Origin: Myxococcota bacterium
GTDB taxonomy: Bacteria > Myxococcota_A > Polyangia > Nannocystales > Nannocystaceae
Length of the DNA: 64,000 nt
Assembly (NCBI GenBank): GCA_039028615.1
Contig: JBCCHT010000016.1
Location: 32,001 to 96,000 of the forward strand
Direction: 5' to 3'
In this document: piece after piece, positions 9,647 through 19,200 of the stretch
How the letters are laid out: each line of letters opens with the position of its first letter
How positions within the stretch are numbered: the stretch's first letter is position 1
The notes under the pieces: generated by a model
Told to the model about the DNA's origin: nothing
Database searches by the model: none
Seen by the model: the letters and a program-made list of their open reading frames with translations, nothing else
Position numbers and translations under genes: made by a program

Positions 9647-10662
9647 TAGTTCCCGCCCTCTGTTCTCCGGCCTTCGCCGTTTCTGTCACTCGGCCCCCAG
9701 ATTTTCAGCTCCAGCCCGATCGTGGCCCGCGCGGAGACCGGACCGGGGACGAAGACCGCGGCGGCTTCGCCCGGGTCCGCGACCTGGAAGCCCGACCGCA
9801 GGATCGGCGCGGCGACCCGACCCCGGGCGAAGATGGCCAGCCGAGACGCCAGCGGCACGCGGAGCGCCGCGCTGGCGGTGGGGGCGATCCACGGCCCCAG
9901 TCCTGTCCGGGCGTCGGGGGCCCGCTGCCCGTCGCCGCGCATGGCACCCGCCTCGATGCCACCGCACAGGGGGACCTCGATCCGCGGCTGCCGAAGGCGA
10001 AGGCAGGCCCGCATCGTCGCCGCTCCCAGCATCACGCGGACGTCGGCCTCGGTCTGTTGTTCGGTCCGCGGGGTGACGAACAGCCCGCCGAGCTCCAGTC
10101 GAACACGCGGCCAGGCGAGGGCCATGTCGAGGGCGACCACACCGGAAAACAGCGGCAGCGCTCCCGTCTCCAGGCCGCCCTCGGCCGATGCGAACAACTC
10201 CGGTCGGCTCGCCTCCGTGGTCTTTTGCGGAGGCGAGGGCGCGTCAGCGCTCGGCCGTCGGTCGAGGGAGACCGCGGGCTCGACGGGTGCAGGAGGGACC
10301 TCGATCTGGGGCGGGGTCACCGGGCGCTCGGGTGCTTCGGTGCGGGTGACCGTCACCGGATCGATCGCCAGCGCGACCACCAGCGCGGTTACTCGAGCCA
10401 ACACTTTGCAGTCTTCAGCTTCGATGCGCCGTCGGTCCACGGTGGTGCCGCGTCGTACGTCGAGGTCGAGCGCATACCCGGTGGCGGTCGGGTGCACCGT
10501 CGCGCGGGCGTCGAGCCCCAGGTCGTCCGCCGGACCATCGAGGTGGCCCTCGATGAGCACGCGCACTCGATCCGAGTTCGGGCACTGCGGTGGGGCGCTC
10601 CACTCGAGCCCACCTCCGGCTGCCAACAGCCCACCGAGCGCGTACGCGACAACTCCCGTCAT
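9646..10662 (-). CDS. exported protein with two-Cys N-domain, Pro linker and probable small outer-membrane beta-barrel
   Basis: WSAPPQCP...DC domain; amphipathic beta-strands ending TIGLELKIW; paralogue of 10741-11727; 1-nt overlap with the ECF gene. Confidence 0.75.
   Translation of the reverse strand: MTGVVAYALGGLLAAGGGLEWSAPPQCPNSDRVRVLIEGHLDGPADDLGLDARATVHPTATGYALDLDVRRGTTVDRRRIEAEDCKVLARVTALVVALAIDPVTVTRTEAPERPVTPPQIEVPPAPVEPAVSLDRRPSADAPSPPQKTTEASRPELFASAEGGLETGALPLFSGVVALDMALAWPRVRLELGGLFVTPRTEQQTEADVRVMLGAATMRACLRLRQPRIEVPLCGGIEAGAMRGDGQRAPDARTGLGPWIAPTASAALRVPLASRLAIFARGRVAAPILRSGFQVADPGEAAAVFVPGPVSARATIGLELKIWGPSDRNGEGRRTEGGN
9663..9688 (-). promoter_or_regulatory. putative autoregulatory ECF promoter, module 1
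   Basis: TGACAGAAACGGCGAAGGCCGGAGAA on the minus strand, ending 16 nt before the ECF GTG at 9646; matches 7191-7216. Confidence 0.7.
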
Positions 10663-10740
10663 CGGACCGAGGGATGTCCTACCATGCCTCGCTCTTCGTC
10701 TCGCCCCAGACCGCGCGCCGACTGATAGAGTCGCTCGACG

Positions 10741-11727
10741 ATGCTCCTTTCGCTTGCGCTGGCCGTATGGGCGGAGGGAGACCCCTCCGCGGTCGGCGTG
10801 TCCTGGCGGAATCCAGACGGTTGCGCCAGCGCGGAAGAGGTGCGCGCCATGACCGAGGATTTCCTCGGTCGACCCCTGTCGGAGGCGGGCAACCGCGTGA
10901 CGCTCGACGCCGAGGTGACCCGCGATGGCGAAGGCTGGGCGCTGGACATGGTGGTGCGCACCGATTCGGGGGAGGATCGCTTCTCCGCGCATGCGTCCTC
11001 GTGCGATCCGTTGGTCGAGGCGGCGGCGCTCAAGCTGGCGCTGACCATCGACACCATGGCCGTCGTCGACGAGGTCGAAGTGCCGGGACGCGGCGAGCCG
11101 GAGCCGGAGCCCGTCGTGCGGTCGGAGCCCGAGCCGGCCGAACAACGCCCGACCGACGTCGTCGAGCCTGCGCCCGTACCTTCCGTCGAACCGCCGTCGC
11201 CTTCCGATCCTCCGGCCGAGTGGGACGTCGTGCTGGGCATTGCCGGGCTCGCCGGCTACGGCATCGTGCAAGGCTGGGGCGGAGGTCCCGAGTGGTCGGT
11301 GGGATTCGGTCGGGGCTGGTGGAGGATCGACCCGTATCTCGGCTACTCGTGGTCGCAGTCCGCCGCGGTGGGCTCCGACGGGGCGGGCGTCGCCCTGCAG
11401 ATGGGCGCGGCCGGGGTTCGTACGTGCGGGCGCCCGGCGGTGGGCCGCGTTGGTTTTCCCATCTGTGTGCTCGCCGAGGCCGGCGTGACCTGGGCTCGCG
11501 GCTATGGGCTGCCCGCCGTCGCGACCGCGGCCCGGCCTCGAGTCGTGGCCGGTGTCGCCCCCGGAGTTCGCGTCGCGCTGAGCCAGCGGATCGCGATGGT
11601 GTTCCGAACCGATGTGCTGCTCAGCGTGCTGCGCCCGCGCTTCGTCGTCGAAGGGCAGGGGGACATCTACACCGCCCCGATCTTCGCGTTTCGCGCGGGC
11701 TTGGGCCTGGAAATCACGCTGAAGTGA
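10741..11727 (+). CDS. exported protein with two-Cys N-domain, Pro/Glu linker and probable small outer-membrane beta-barrel
   Basis: Short signal sequence, WRNPDGC...SC domain, alternating Gly/hydrophobic strands, C-terminal AGLGLEITLK. Confidence 0.75.
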   Translation: MLLSLALAVWAEGDPSAVGVSWRNPDGCASAEEVRAMTEDFLGRPLSEAGNRVTLDAEVTRDGEGWALDMVVRTDSGEDRFSAHASSCDPLVEAAALKLALTIDTMAVVDEVEVPGRGEPEPEPVVRSEPEPAEQRPTDVVEPAPVPSVEPPSPSDPPAEWDVVLGIAGLAGYGIVQGWGGGPEWSVGFGRGWWRIDPYLGYSWSQSAAVGSDGAGVALQMGAAGVRTCGRPAVGRVGFPICVLAEAGVTWARGYGLPAVATAARPRVVAGVAPGVRVALSQRIAMVFRTDVLLSVLRPRFVVEGQGDIYTAPIFAFRAGLGLEITLK

Positions 11728-11753
11728 CGGATTCATCCTCGCCTGCACATGAG
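11725..11753 (+). promoter_or_regulatory. putative autoregulatory ECF promoter, module 2 (TGACGGA-N12-TGCACATGAG)
   Basis: TGACGGATTCATCCTCGCCTGCACATGAG matches 13081-13109 with identical spacing. Confidence 0.75.
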
Positions 11754-11758
11754 CTGGT

Positions 11759-12343
11759 GTGTCGGCATTCACTGCCGTCGGCGACGAGACCGCGATGACG
11801 GTCTCCGAGCCGGATACACAGCGTTTCGAGCGTCTCTTCGCGCAGACGCACCGGTTCGTCTGGCGCTCGCTTCGGTACCTGGGCGTGCCCGCGGCGGAGG
11901 TCGAAGACGCGGCCCAGGAAGTGTTCATGATCGCCTATCGCCGACTGCCGGAGTACGAAGAGCGGGGCCTCGTTCAGGGGTGGCTCTACGGCATCGCGCG
12001 GGGGGTGGCGCGGAACCGAGGCCGCGCGCGGCAGCGTCGACTTCGACGTCATGCGTCGCTGGCCACCGAGTCGCAAGCGCAGCCGCAGGTCGAGACGGGG
12101 GTGTCGGAGGAGAGTGTCGACCGGGCCCGCGCGAGTCGGCTGATCCAGCAGTTTCTCGACGGCCTCAAGCCCAAGCTACGCGACGTGTTCGTGCTGGTGG
12201 AGCTCGAGCAGACCCGTGCCCCCGAGGTCGCCCAGCAGCTCGGGATCCCGCTCAATACGGTCTATTCTCGGCTTCGACTCGCGCGGGGCCACTTCCAGCG
12301 CTTCGTCGATGCCCACGGGGGCAGCGAGGAGTCCTCTTCATGA
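11759..12343 (+). CDS. ECF sigma-70 family factor
   Basis: VEDAAQEVF, GWLYGIA, EVAQQLGIPLNTVYSRLRLAR. Alternative ATG at 11795. Confidence 0.92.
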   Translation: MSAFTAVGDETAMTVSEPDTQRFERLFAQTHRFVWRSLRYLGVPAAEVEDAAQEVFMIAYRRLPEYEERGLVQGWLYGIARGVARNRGRARQRRLRRHASLATESQAQPQVETGVSEESVDRARASRLIQQFLDGLKPKLRDVFVLVELEQTRAPEVAQQLGIPLNTVYSRLRLARGHFQRFVDAHGGSEESSS

Positions 12344-13083
12344 ACGACGACGCTCGGGCCTTGTTGGAGCAGTACCGCCGCGACTGTGAGCCGTCGTCGG
12401 AGGCCACGGCGAGCTTGCACCGACGGGTGTCGGAGGCCGTCGCTGCTCCGAGCACTGCGACGACGGCTGCGGGGACCAGCTCGTCGACGCTGGGCATCCT
12501 GATCGGCGGCGGCGTGCTGTTGTTGGTGTTGGGCGGCCTGTGGTTGGGGACCCGAGCAGAGCCGGACTCGACGCGGTCGGCTACACCGTCCGCGGCGGCG
12601 ATCGTCGATGCCCCGGCGCCCGAGCCCGCCGCCGAGCCGCCCGTGGTCGTGCCCTCCGCTGCCGAGGTCGCGGTGCCGCCCGTCCCGAGTCCTGCGCCCG
12701 AGTCCGAGCCGCCCGAGTCTGAGTCCGAGTCCGAAGCGACGCGTCCGACCGCGACTGCGCGCTCGCCTCGACGCACGCGTCGCCCGGCCCCTGCGCCACC
12801 GCCGTCCGCCGACACCCTGGCGGAGGAGACGCTGTTGCTCCGTCGCGCCCAGCAGGCGCTGAGCAAGGGCGATCCACGGCAGAGCCTGCAGGTGCTGGCG
12901 GAGCACGAACGACGCTTCCCTCGCGGTCTGTTGGTCAAGGAGCGGGGCTCGATGAGGGTCATCGCCTTGTGCCGCGCGGACGATCCGCGGGCAAAGACCG
13001 AGCTGACGAAGTACTTGCGACGCCATCCGGCCACGCCCTACCGCGACCGCCTGGAGCATGCGTGCGGGGAGCAAGAGGAGTGA
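12340..13083 (+). CDS. putative single-pass anti-sigma factor with periplasmic helical TPR-like domain
   Basis: ATGA overlap with the ECF gene; short cytoplasmic N-terminus, TM ILIGGGVLLLVLGGLWLG, Pro-rich linker, HERRFPRGLL...ALC domain. Confidence 0.8.
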   Translation: MNDDARALLEQYRRDCEPSSEATASLHRRVSEAVAAPSTATTAAGTSSSTLGILIGGGVLLLVLGGLWLGTRAEPDSTRSATPSAAAIVDAPAPEPAAEPPVVVPSAAEVAVPPVPSPAPESEPPESESESEATRPTATARSPRRTRRPAPAPPPSADTLAEETLLLRRAQQALSKGDPRQSLQVLAEHERRFPRGLLVKERGSMRVIALCRADDPRAKTELTKYLRRHPATPYRDRLEHACGEQEE

Positions 13084-13109
13084 CGGAATTCCGGGCGCGT
13101 GCACATGAG
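13081..13109 (+). promoter_or_regulatory. putative ECF promoter, module 2 target
   Basis: TGACGGAATTCCGGGCGCGTGCACATGAG, ending 6 nt before ATG 13116. Confidence 0.75.
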
Positions 13110-13115
13110 GCAGCG

Positions 13116-14564
13116 ATGTGTCGCCGGGTCCCCACGATCGCCGTCCTATTGCTCTGCGCTGCGGGGTGCACGACCTCGGGGGGGTCGGTGGGCTCCATCG
13201 AGACGCTGACCAGCACCGCGGCCGAGGATGGCCCGGGCAGCGGGGAGACCGCGGGGGGCGGCAGTGGGCCGGGCGCGACCTCGGTGGCCGAGGAATCGTC
13301 GGCCTCCGCGTCGTCGTCCGCGACTTCGGCGACCGGGCCGAGCCTCGACGACACCAGCGGGACCACGGTCGGCAGCAACGACGACGGTCCCATCTTCGAC
13401 GTGGGCACCATTCCCGACGGGGGCAACACCTGCGGCGACGACTCGAGCGTGTCGTTCTCCACCATCTGGATCGCCTCGCAGTCGACGGGCACGGTGTATC
13501 GGGTCGATACCTTCACGGGGACGATCGAGGGGCGCTACTACACCGAGCCGAGCATGGGGCGGGGGTCGCCCTCGCGGACCTCGGTGAACCTTCAGGGGGA
13601 CGTCGCGGTGAGCAACCGGGCATCGGCGGGGGTCACCAAGATCGCGGGCTCGCTCGATCGCTGCGTCGATCTCGATGGCAACGGGACCATCGAGACCTCC
13701 ACGGGGCCCGAGGACGTGCTGCCCTGGGGTGAAGACGAGTGTGTGCTGTGGCACCGCGACTTCCCGGATGCCATCGCCAACAAGGGCGTTCGGCCCACGC
13801 AATGGGAGGCCGGGGTCGCGCCAGGCTTCCCCTGCGGAGACCCGAACCCTCGGCTGTGGGTGGGGTACCTCGCCACGGGAGAGGTGGCGAGGTTCGTGCG
13901 GCTCGATGGTAGCGACGGCGCCATCCTCGACACGGCCGAGGTCTCCGGGGTGTTCACCGACCACCCTCATCATCGACCCTACGGAGGGGTGGTCGATGCC
14001 GAGGGCGACCTGTGGGCGATCGGTCACGGCTCGGGGGACACGGGGCCGTTGCTGCACATCGACGCCGACACGCTGGAGGTCACGAACTACGGCAACCCCA
14101 TCGGCAGCTTCTATGGCCTGACGATCGATGCCGATGGCAACCCTTGGGCGTGCTCGCGGAACTTGGCGGCGACCCAAGCCGCGGTGTTTCGTTTCGACGC
14201 GGTGACCGAGACCTTCTCCGAGGTGCTGGTCACGGGCGGGGCCTCGCTGCGAGGCTGCGCCGCCGACGAAGCGGGGCGCCTGTGGGCCGCGGCGAACAAC
14301 CCCTGCGGGTTGGTCGAGATCGACATGGCCACGCAAACGCAGGTCGGCCCGCAGATCGAGCTTCCCGGCTGTGTGACTCCGGTCGGGGTGAGCATCGACG
14401 TCGAAGGCTATGTCTGGGTGGTGGATTCGGGGGGGGACCAGGCCTACAAAGTGGACCCGGTGACGCACAACGTGGAGATCCTCGTGGAGAACCTGATCAC
14501 GCCCTATACCTACTCGGACATGACGGGGGCCGGCCTGGGGCTGGTGTCTGGGCCGCAGGGCTGA
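13116..14564 (+). CDS. beta-propeller lipoprotein (Vgb-lyase-like fold)
   Basis: Lipobox AAGC, S/T/G linker, SPSRTSVNLQGD, repeated xDxxGxxW blades, C-terminal PYTYSDMTG. Confidence 0.8.
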   Translation: MCRRVPTIAVLLLCAAGCTTSGGSVGSIETLTSTAAEDGPGSGETAGGGSGPGATSVAEESSASASSSATSATGPSLDDTSGTTVGSNDDGPIFDVGTIPDGGNTCGDDSSVSFSTIWIASQSTGTVYRVDTFTGTIEGRYYTEPSMGRGSPSRTSVNLQGDVAVSNRASAGVTKIAGSLDRCVDLDGNGTIETSTGPEDVLPWGEDECVLWHRDFPDAIANKGVRPTQWEAGVAPGFPCGDPNPRLWVGYLATGEVARFVRLDGSDGAILDTAEVSGVFTDHPHHRPYGGVVDAEGDLWAIGHGSGDTGPLLHIDADTLEVTNYGNPIGSFYGLTIDADGNPWACSRNLAATQAAVFRFDAVTETFSEVLVTGGASLRGCAADEAGRLWAAANNPCGLVEIDMATQTQVGPQIELPGCVTPVGVSIDVEGYVWVVDSGGDQAYKVDPVTHNVEILVENLITPYTYSDMTGAGLGLVSGPQG

Positions 14565-14738
14565 GCTCGGCCGACCGGGGGCGGCGGAACCCATCGTACA
14601 TCTGCACACCCGCGCACGCGCATGCGATGGCCTTTTCGCACGGCGGGCGCGGCGGTCGACTCTCGAACTCCGCCAGCTCGCAGTGATACACCGGAGTCGG
14701 CCGGACGGGGGATCGACGAAGGGATGAGGGGAGTGCAG

Positions 14739-15623
14739 ATGCAATACTCGAAGCTGTTCACTACCGCGATGCTGGCCGCGACGATCTCGTGCGGAGACGA
14801 CGGGGGCGGGGCCGCGGGATCCGACGGAGCTGCGACCGAAGCCGACTCGGGGGAGTCGGGCGACGACGGGGCGACCTCGGCCGCGACCGCCATGGCCGAC
14901 GACGGCAGCACGGGCGAGCCCGAGCCACCCCCGCCGGGCATCGACTGCGCGGAGCCCTTCGACTACGAGGGGCGCCAGGGCTGCGTCGCCACGGTGGAAG
15001 GCATTCAGATCAAGTTCTTCCCCCTGCCCCCGGGTGAGTCGGTGGAGCACTTGGCCGTGTACTTCCACGGCGATACGGCGCCGGGCTGGTTCGACAACTG
15101 GGCGTTCCCCGAGGTCGTGGACTGGGCCGAGCCCAAGAACATCCTGACCCTCGGCGTGCTCTCGCCGGTCGAGGGCGGCAGCGGTCTGCCCGAGTGGGGC
15201 GAGTCGCAGCCCCCCGATGCCGAGGCGGTCGCGGCCGCCATCGAGGCCTTCGCCGACGCCTACGCGGCACCCCGCGAGGAGATCTTCTACTGGTCGACCT
15301 CGGGCGGCTCGTGGTTCTTCACCAGCTCGTACATCCCGGTGGCGGGGGGCCGCTTGCCCGGGTGGTTCGCGATCAGCTGCGGAGGCTCGGGCTTCTCGTA
15401 CCCGTGGCAGTGGGACAACACCGACGCCGCCCTGCGCGGCCGCATCTCGATGTTCCTCAACTACGGCTCCGAGGATTTCCTGGCCGACTTCGCCAACGAC
15501 AGCTTCCTCGAGTACCAGGGGCTAGGCTTCGACATCGAGCAATTCGTGCACGAAGGGGCGACCCACTGCGCCCACCCGATCGACGGCCCGACCCTCGAGT
15601 ACTGGGATCAGTTCGTCGACTGA
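14739..15623 (+). CDS. lipoprotein with probable alpha/beta-hydrolase fold
   Basis: Lipobox TISC; VYFHGD, STSGG (atypical nucleophile elbow), YGSEDF and ATHC. Confidence 0.65.
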   Translation: MQYSKLFTTAMLAATISCGDDGGGAAGSDGAATEADSGESGDDGATSAATAMADDGSTGEPEPPPPGIDCAEPFDYEGRQGCVATVEGIQIKFFPLPPGESVEHLAVYFHGDTAPGWFDNWAFPEVVDWAEPKNILTLGVLSPVEGGSGLPEWGESQPPDAEAVAAAIEAFADAYAAPREEIFYWSTSGGSWFFTSSYIPVAGGRLPGWFAISCGGSGFSYPWQWDNTDAALRGRISMFLNYGSEDFLADFANDSFLEYQGLGFDIEQFVHEGATHCAHPIDGPTLEYWDQFVD

Positions 15624-15629
15624 GGCCTG

Positions 15630-15657
15630 GTGCCCGCGAGGAGTCACTCGCGGGCAC
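15630..15657. terminator. GC-rich hairpin between convergent genes
   Basis: GTGCCCGCGAG-gagtca-CTCGCGGGCAC, a perfect 11-bp stem with no U-tract. Confidence 0.55.
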
Positions 15658-15664
15658 GGCCTGC

Positions 15665-16222
15665 TCACTCTTCCTTGGGAGGTGAGTCCCAGTCGGCAAA
15701 GGACTCGCCTTTGTCTCGGGACAGGATGTCGATGGCGGCTGCGGCCCCATCGCCGGCCGAGATGATCGCCTGGCTGCGACCCGGCCGGGCGAGCCGGCCC
15801 ACGACGTAGACTCCTTCGACGGCGGTGTGGCCGTTGCGGTCGGCGGCGATGCCCGTGGCCTCGTCGTGCTCGAGGCCGAGCGACGTGGCCAAGCGCGGGC
15901 TCTTCCCCTCCGAGAGCACGACGTAGCGGGCAGCGTGAGACTCTCCGCCCTCCGTGGTGACGGTGAACCCGGACTCGGCCTTGGCTACGGCGTCGACCCG
16001 TGCTTCGCGAATCTCACCGCCGAGGTCCGTCACCTGCAGGCGTGCGATCTTCTGGAACTCGCTGCCGTGCATCTTCGGGATGCCCAGGTAGTTGTAGAGC
16101 ATGGCCCAGTGCATGGCCGTCTTGTCTTGGCCGAAGACGATGACCTTCTTGCCGTTCTTTGCGAGGTAAAGGGCTGCGCTCAGGCCCCCGGGGCCGTCCC
16201 CTACTACGACTGCGTCGATCAT
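15665..16222 (-). CDS. short FAD-dependent oxidoreductase (thioredoxin-reductase-like FAD domain only)
   Basis: VVVGDGPGGLSAA, NYLG and TAVEGVYVVG...QAIISAGDG; 185 aa with no CxxC. Confidence 0.8.
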   Translation of the reverse strand: MIDAVVVGDGPGGLSAALYLAKNGKKVIVFGQDKTAMHWAMLYNYLGIPKMHGSEFQKIARLQVTDLGGEIREARVDAVAKAESGFTVTTEGGESHAARYVVLSEGKSPRLATSLGLEHDEATGIAADRNGHTAVEGVYVVGRLARPGRSQAIISAGDGAAAAIDILSRDKGESFADWDSPPKEE

Positions 16223-16277
16223 GCATGGGAGTTTTGCACGGGTCCGGGCCAGGTGAAAGGCGACGGGCCCGCCGTCG

Positions 16278-19200
16278 TCATGTCTCGGAGCCCGGGCCCG
16301 TCTCCAGCTCGGTGGCGAGGGCTTCGATCGTGCGACGGCGATCGGGGCGAGCCCGCCGACCGAGGCGGCGTAGCGTGGGCACGATGTCCGGGCCGTAGGC
16401 CACGATCGCTTCGTGGGCGGTGTTGCGGATGGCGAGCTCGCGGTGCTCGAGATACTCGAGCATCGTAACCAAGGCCGGTTCGTACTTGCCGTGGCCGAGG
16501 CTCTTCATCAGCTGGCCGATGACGTCCTTGCGCGACTCCATCGCGAGCGCACGGGCGGTGGCGGGGAGGGTGACCTCGCGGGGAGCGACCTTGCGGAGGG
16601 CGCGGAGGGCCGCGCTGCGTACGGGAGGGCGTCGATCGGTCACGAGAGGGTCGAGGCGCGCGATGGCTCGTTCGCCATACTCGGTCAGCGCATGCACGGC
16701 CCGCACGGCCAGGCCCTTCGCGACCCCCTTTTCACCGATTAGAGCGACGAGGCCATCGAGGTCTCGCCCGGCCAGAGGATCGTCGGGGTCCCCTTCGTCG
16801 GTGGTGAGCTCCTCCGGCGACGGTTGGGTTCGGAGTCGCGCGACTTCGTCGGGGTATCGCTCCTCGAACTCTTCGATCAGCGCGCGCGTGGGCAGTGCGG
16901 CGGAGGAATGCAGGAGCCCGAGGAGTCGCGGGTCGCCGTGCCGAGCCCGTCGGCGAGCGAGCGGGGGGAGCAGGTCCTGCCCATATCGCCGCAGCAGCGG
17001 CTCGACGTCGGCATCGCCGGCGTCCCACGCTTCGATCCACGCCGACACGAGCGTTCGCAGGCGGTGAGGAGGTACGTGGGCCACGAGGGCCGCGGCGCGC
17101 TCGCGTGCCCCTTTGTCGGCCGGCCACGCGGCGAGGGAGGGGGCCAGCTCGGTGCGATGCGGGCTGCTCAGCGTGATGCGGCCCCGCAGGTAGGCGTCGA
17201 AGATCCGGGGGCGGGCGTCGGTGGCATCGGGCCAGTTCAGCAGCTGCGCCGCGGCTCGGTCGCGCTCGGCGGAGACGTCCGAGTCGAGCATGGCGAGGAG
17301 CTCGCGCTGACGATCGGCCGACGGCAGCGTGGGGCGACGAGGCGGGGTGGGCTCGAGTTCGTCGTTCGGGGGCAGGTGCAGCGGTCGGGACTCGAGCGTT
17401 GCCGCCAGCCAGCTGCGTCGGCGCTCCGAGGTCCAGGTATGAAACTCGAGGCTCTGCTCGCGAAGCTCCGTCAGCGCGGTGGCTTCGCGCTCTCGTTCCG
17501 CGGGAATCTGGAGCGTACGTCGCAGCAACGCCGCGATCTCGTCGCTCGCCGCCGGGCGCACGCGACAGTGCTCCAGGCATTGCCACAGGTCTTCTCCACC
17601 CCGAATCGCACCCAGGCGACCCAGCAGCTCCCAGCGACGTCGTCCGCCGAAGTCGGGCGAGGGCTCGAGCGCGCGTAGCACCCGGGCCGACCGCAGCCTG
17701 CGGTGCGCGGCGACGGAGCCGAGGGCCAGGTGGTGCTCGATGAACTTCGCGGCCGCGCCCGAGCTCGGGGCCATTGCTCGCTCGAGGAGGTCGAGCAGTG
17801 CATCGCCATGCTCGATGCTCACCGGATCGGCGGCATCGAGCACCACCGCGAACGCGTCAGCGGGGACCGGGTCTTCGTGCTTGAGCCATGTGATCCAGTC
17901 GGCGAGCCCCGCACGCACGACCTCGCGAATCTCGGCCTCGTTGTCGTCGTTGCGTTCCTCCACCAGCTGCCGGGCGGCTTCGGCGGAGAACCCCTCGATG
18001 CGGAGGCGCTGGCCGGGCTCGTCTCGCTCCGGCGGCGTGGGGCGGAGCGATGCCCGGTGGAGTCGACGAGCCAGCGTGGTCGGGTCGCCATCGGCGAGCC
18101 GCAGGCGACCGGTCAGGCAGCGCTCGAGCAGGTCGGCGTGGATCGGCTGTGAAGAACGGGCGAGCCGGAGCGCAGCGGCCATGGGCAAGCGCCCCTCGAG
18201 CACCTGGCACAGAAGGCCGATGCGGCGGGCTTCGGTCTGCCGCTCGATCGCTCCCACGATGACGGCGACCAGGCTCGGCCCCGCGGCGCGCACGAGGGCA
18301 CCGACCAAGCCCTGGCGCAGGCCGGGGTTGTCGTGGTGCGCCAGCCAGCCCACCAGCGTCGGCACGGCGCGCGCGCTGGCGATGCGGGACAGCGCCTGCG
18401 CGGCTTCCTTCTTCACGATCATCTGCGGGTGCGAGAGTGCGGCCAGGACCATGGGCTCGGCCCACTGCGCGTTCAGTGATGCGACCGCGGCCAGGGCCTG
18501 CGTCACGATCCGCGGCTCGTCGCTCTGCACGAGCCGGCACAGCGACAGCTCGAGGCCCCGCGCTCGTTCCCCCGCCGCCAAGATCGTCTCGATCGCGGCG
18601 CGCCTCACTTCGCGGTGCCCGTGCCGCCACAGCGGGATGATGGTGCGCAACACCGTACTGCTGGGATCGTGGCGCCCGAGGGTCTCGAGCAACGCCACCA
18701 TGATCGGCGGCGTTGGCTCTTCCGCCAGCCAGCCGCAGACCATCCGCAGGACCAGGTCGCGGCCGGTCTCGGGGGTGTCGTCGATGAAGGGCCGCACGTG
18801 TCGACCGTCGGCGACGAGGTAGCGGCCGTAGCGGAAGATCATCTGCTCCAGCTCGGGCATGGCGAGCCGCTTGATGGAGAAGTCGCCGGCCAGGGCCTTG
18901 CCCACGTACTCGCGGAACTGCTCGCGGAACAACGCCTCGATGCGATCGGCGAAGCGGTCGTCTCCCGACTCGATGAGCAGCTCGAGCCGTTTCAAGCGAT
19001 CCAAGCGGTGCGCGTCGCTGGACTCCCAGGGCGGCTCGGCCACGAGCTGCGCGACGGTGGCATCGCGTCGCTGCAGGAAGGTGCGACCGAGCAGGCCCGA
19101 GTCGTGAGGTCCCAGGGCTGTGCTCAGGCGCTGCGGGAGGGTGGGGCGCTCCCGCGTCAGCGCCCACAGGGCCGGGAGTATCCGCGTGCGGAGCCGGGGA

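Noticed and set aside
10663..11928. Upstream 420 codons of the 760-aa minus ORF 9646-11928
   Set aside because: This is an antisense shadow of the plus-strand barrel and ECF genes; the real gene begins near 10662.
14714..14741. CGACGAAG...TGCAGATG as a third module-2 promoter
   Set aside because: The spacing is off by one, the -35 match is weak, and the start codon falls inside the putative -10.
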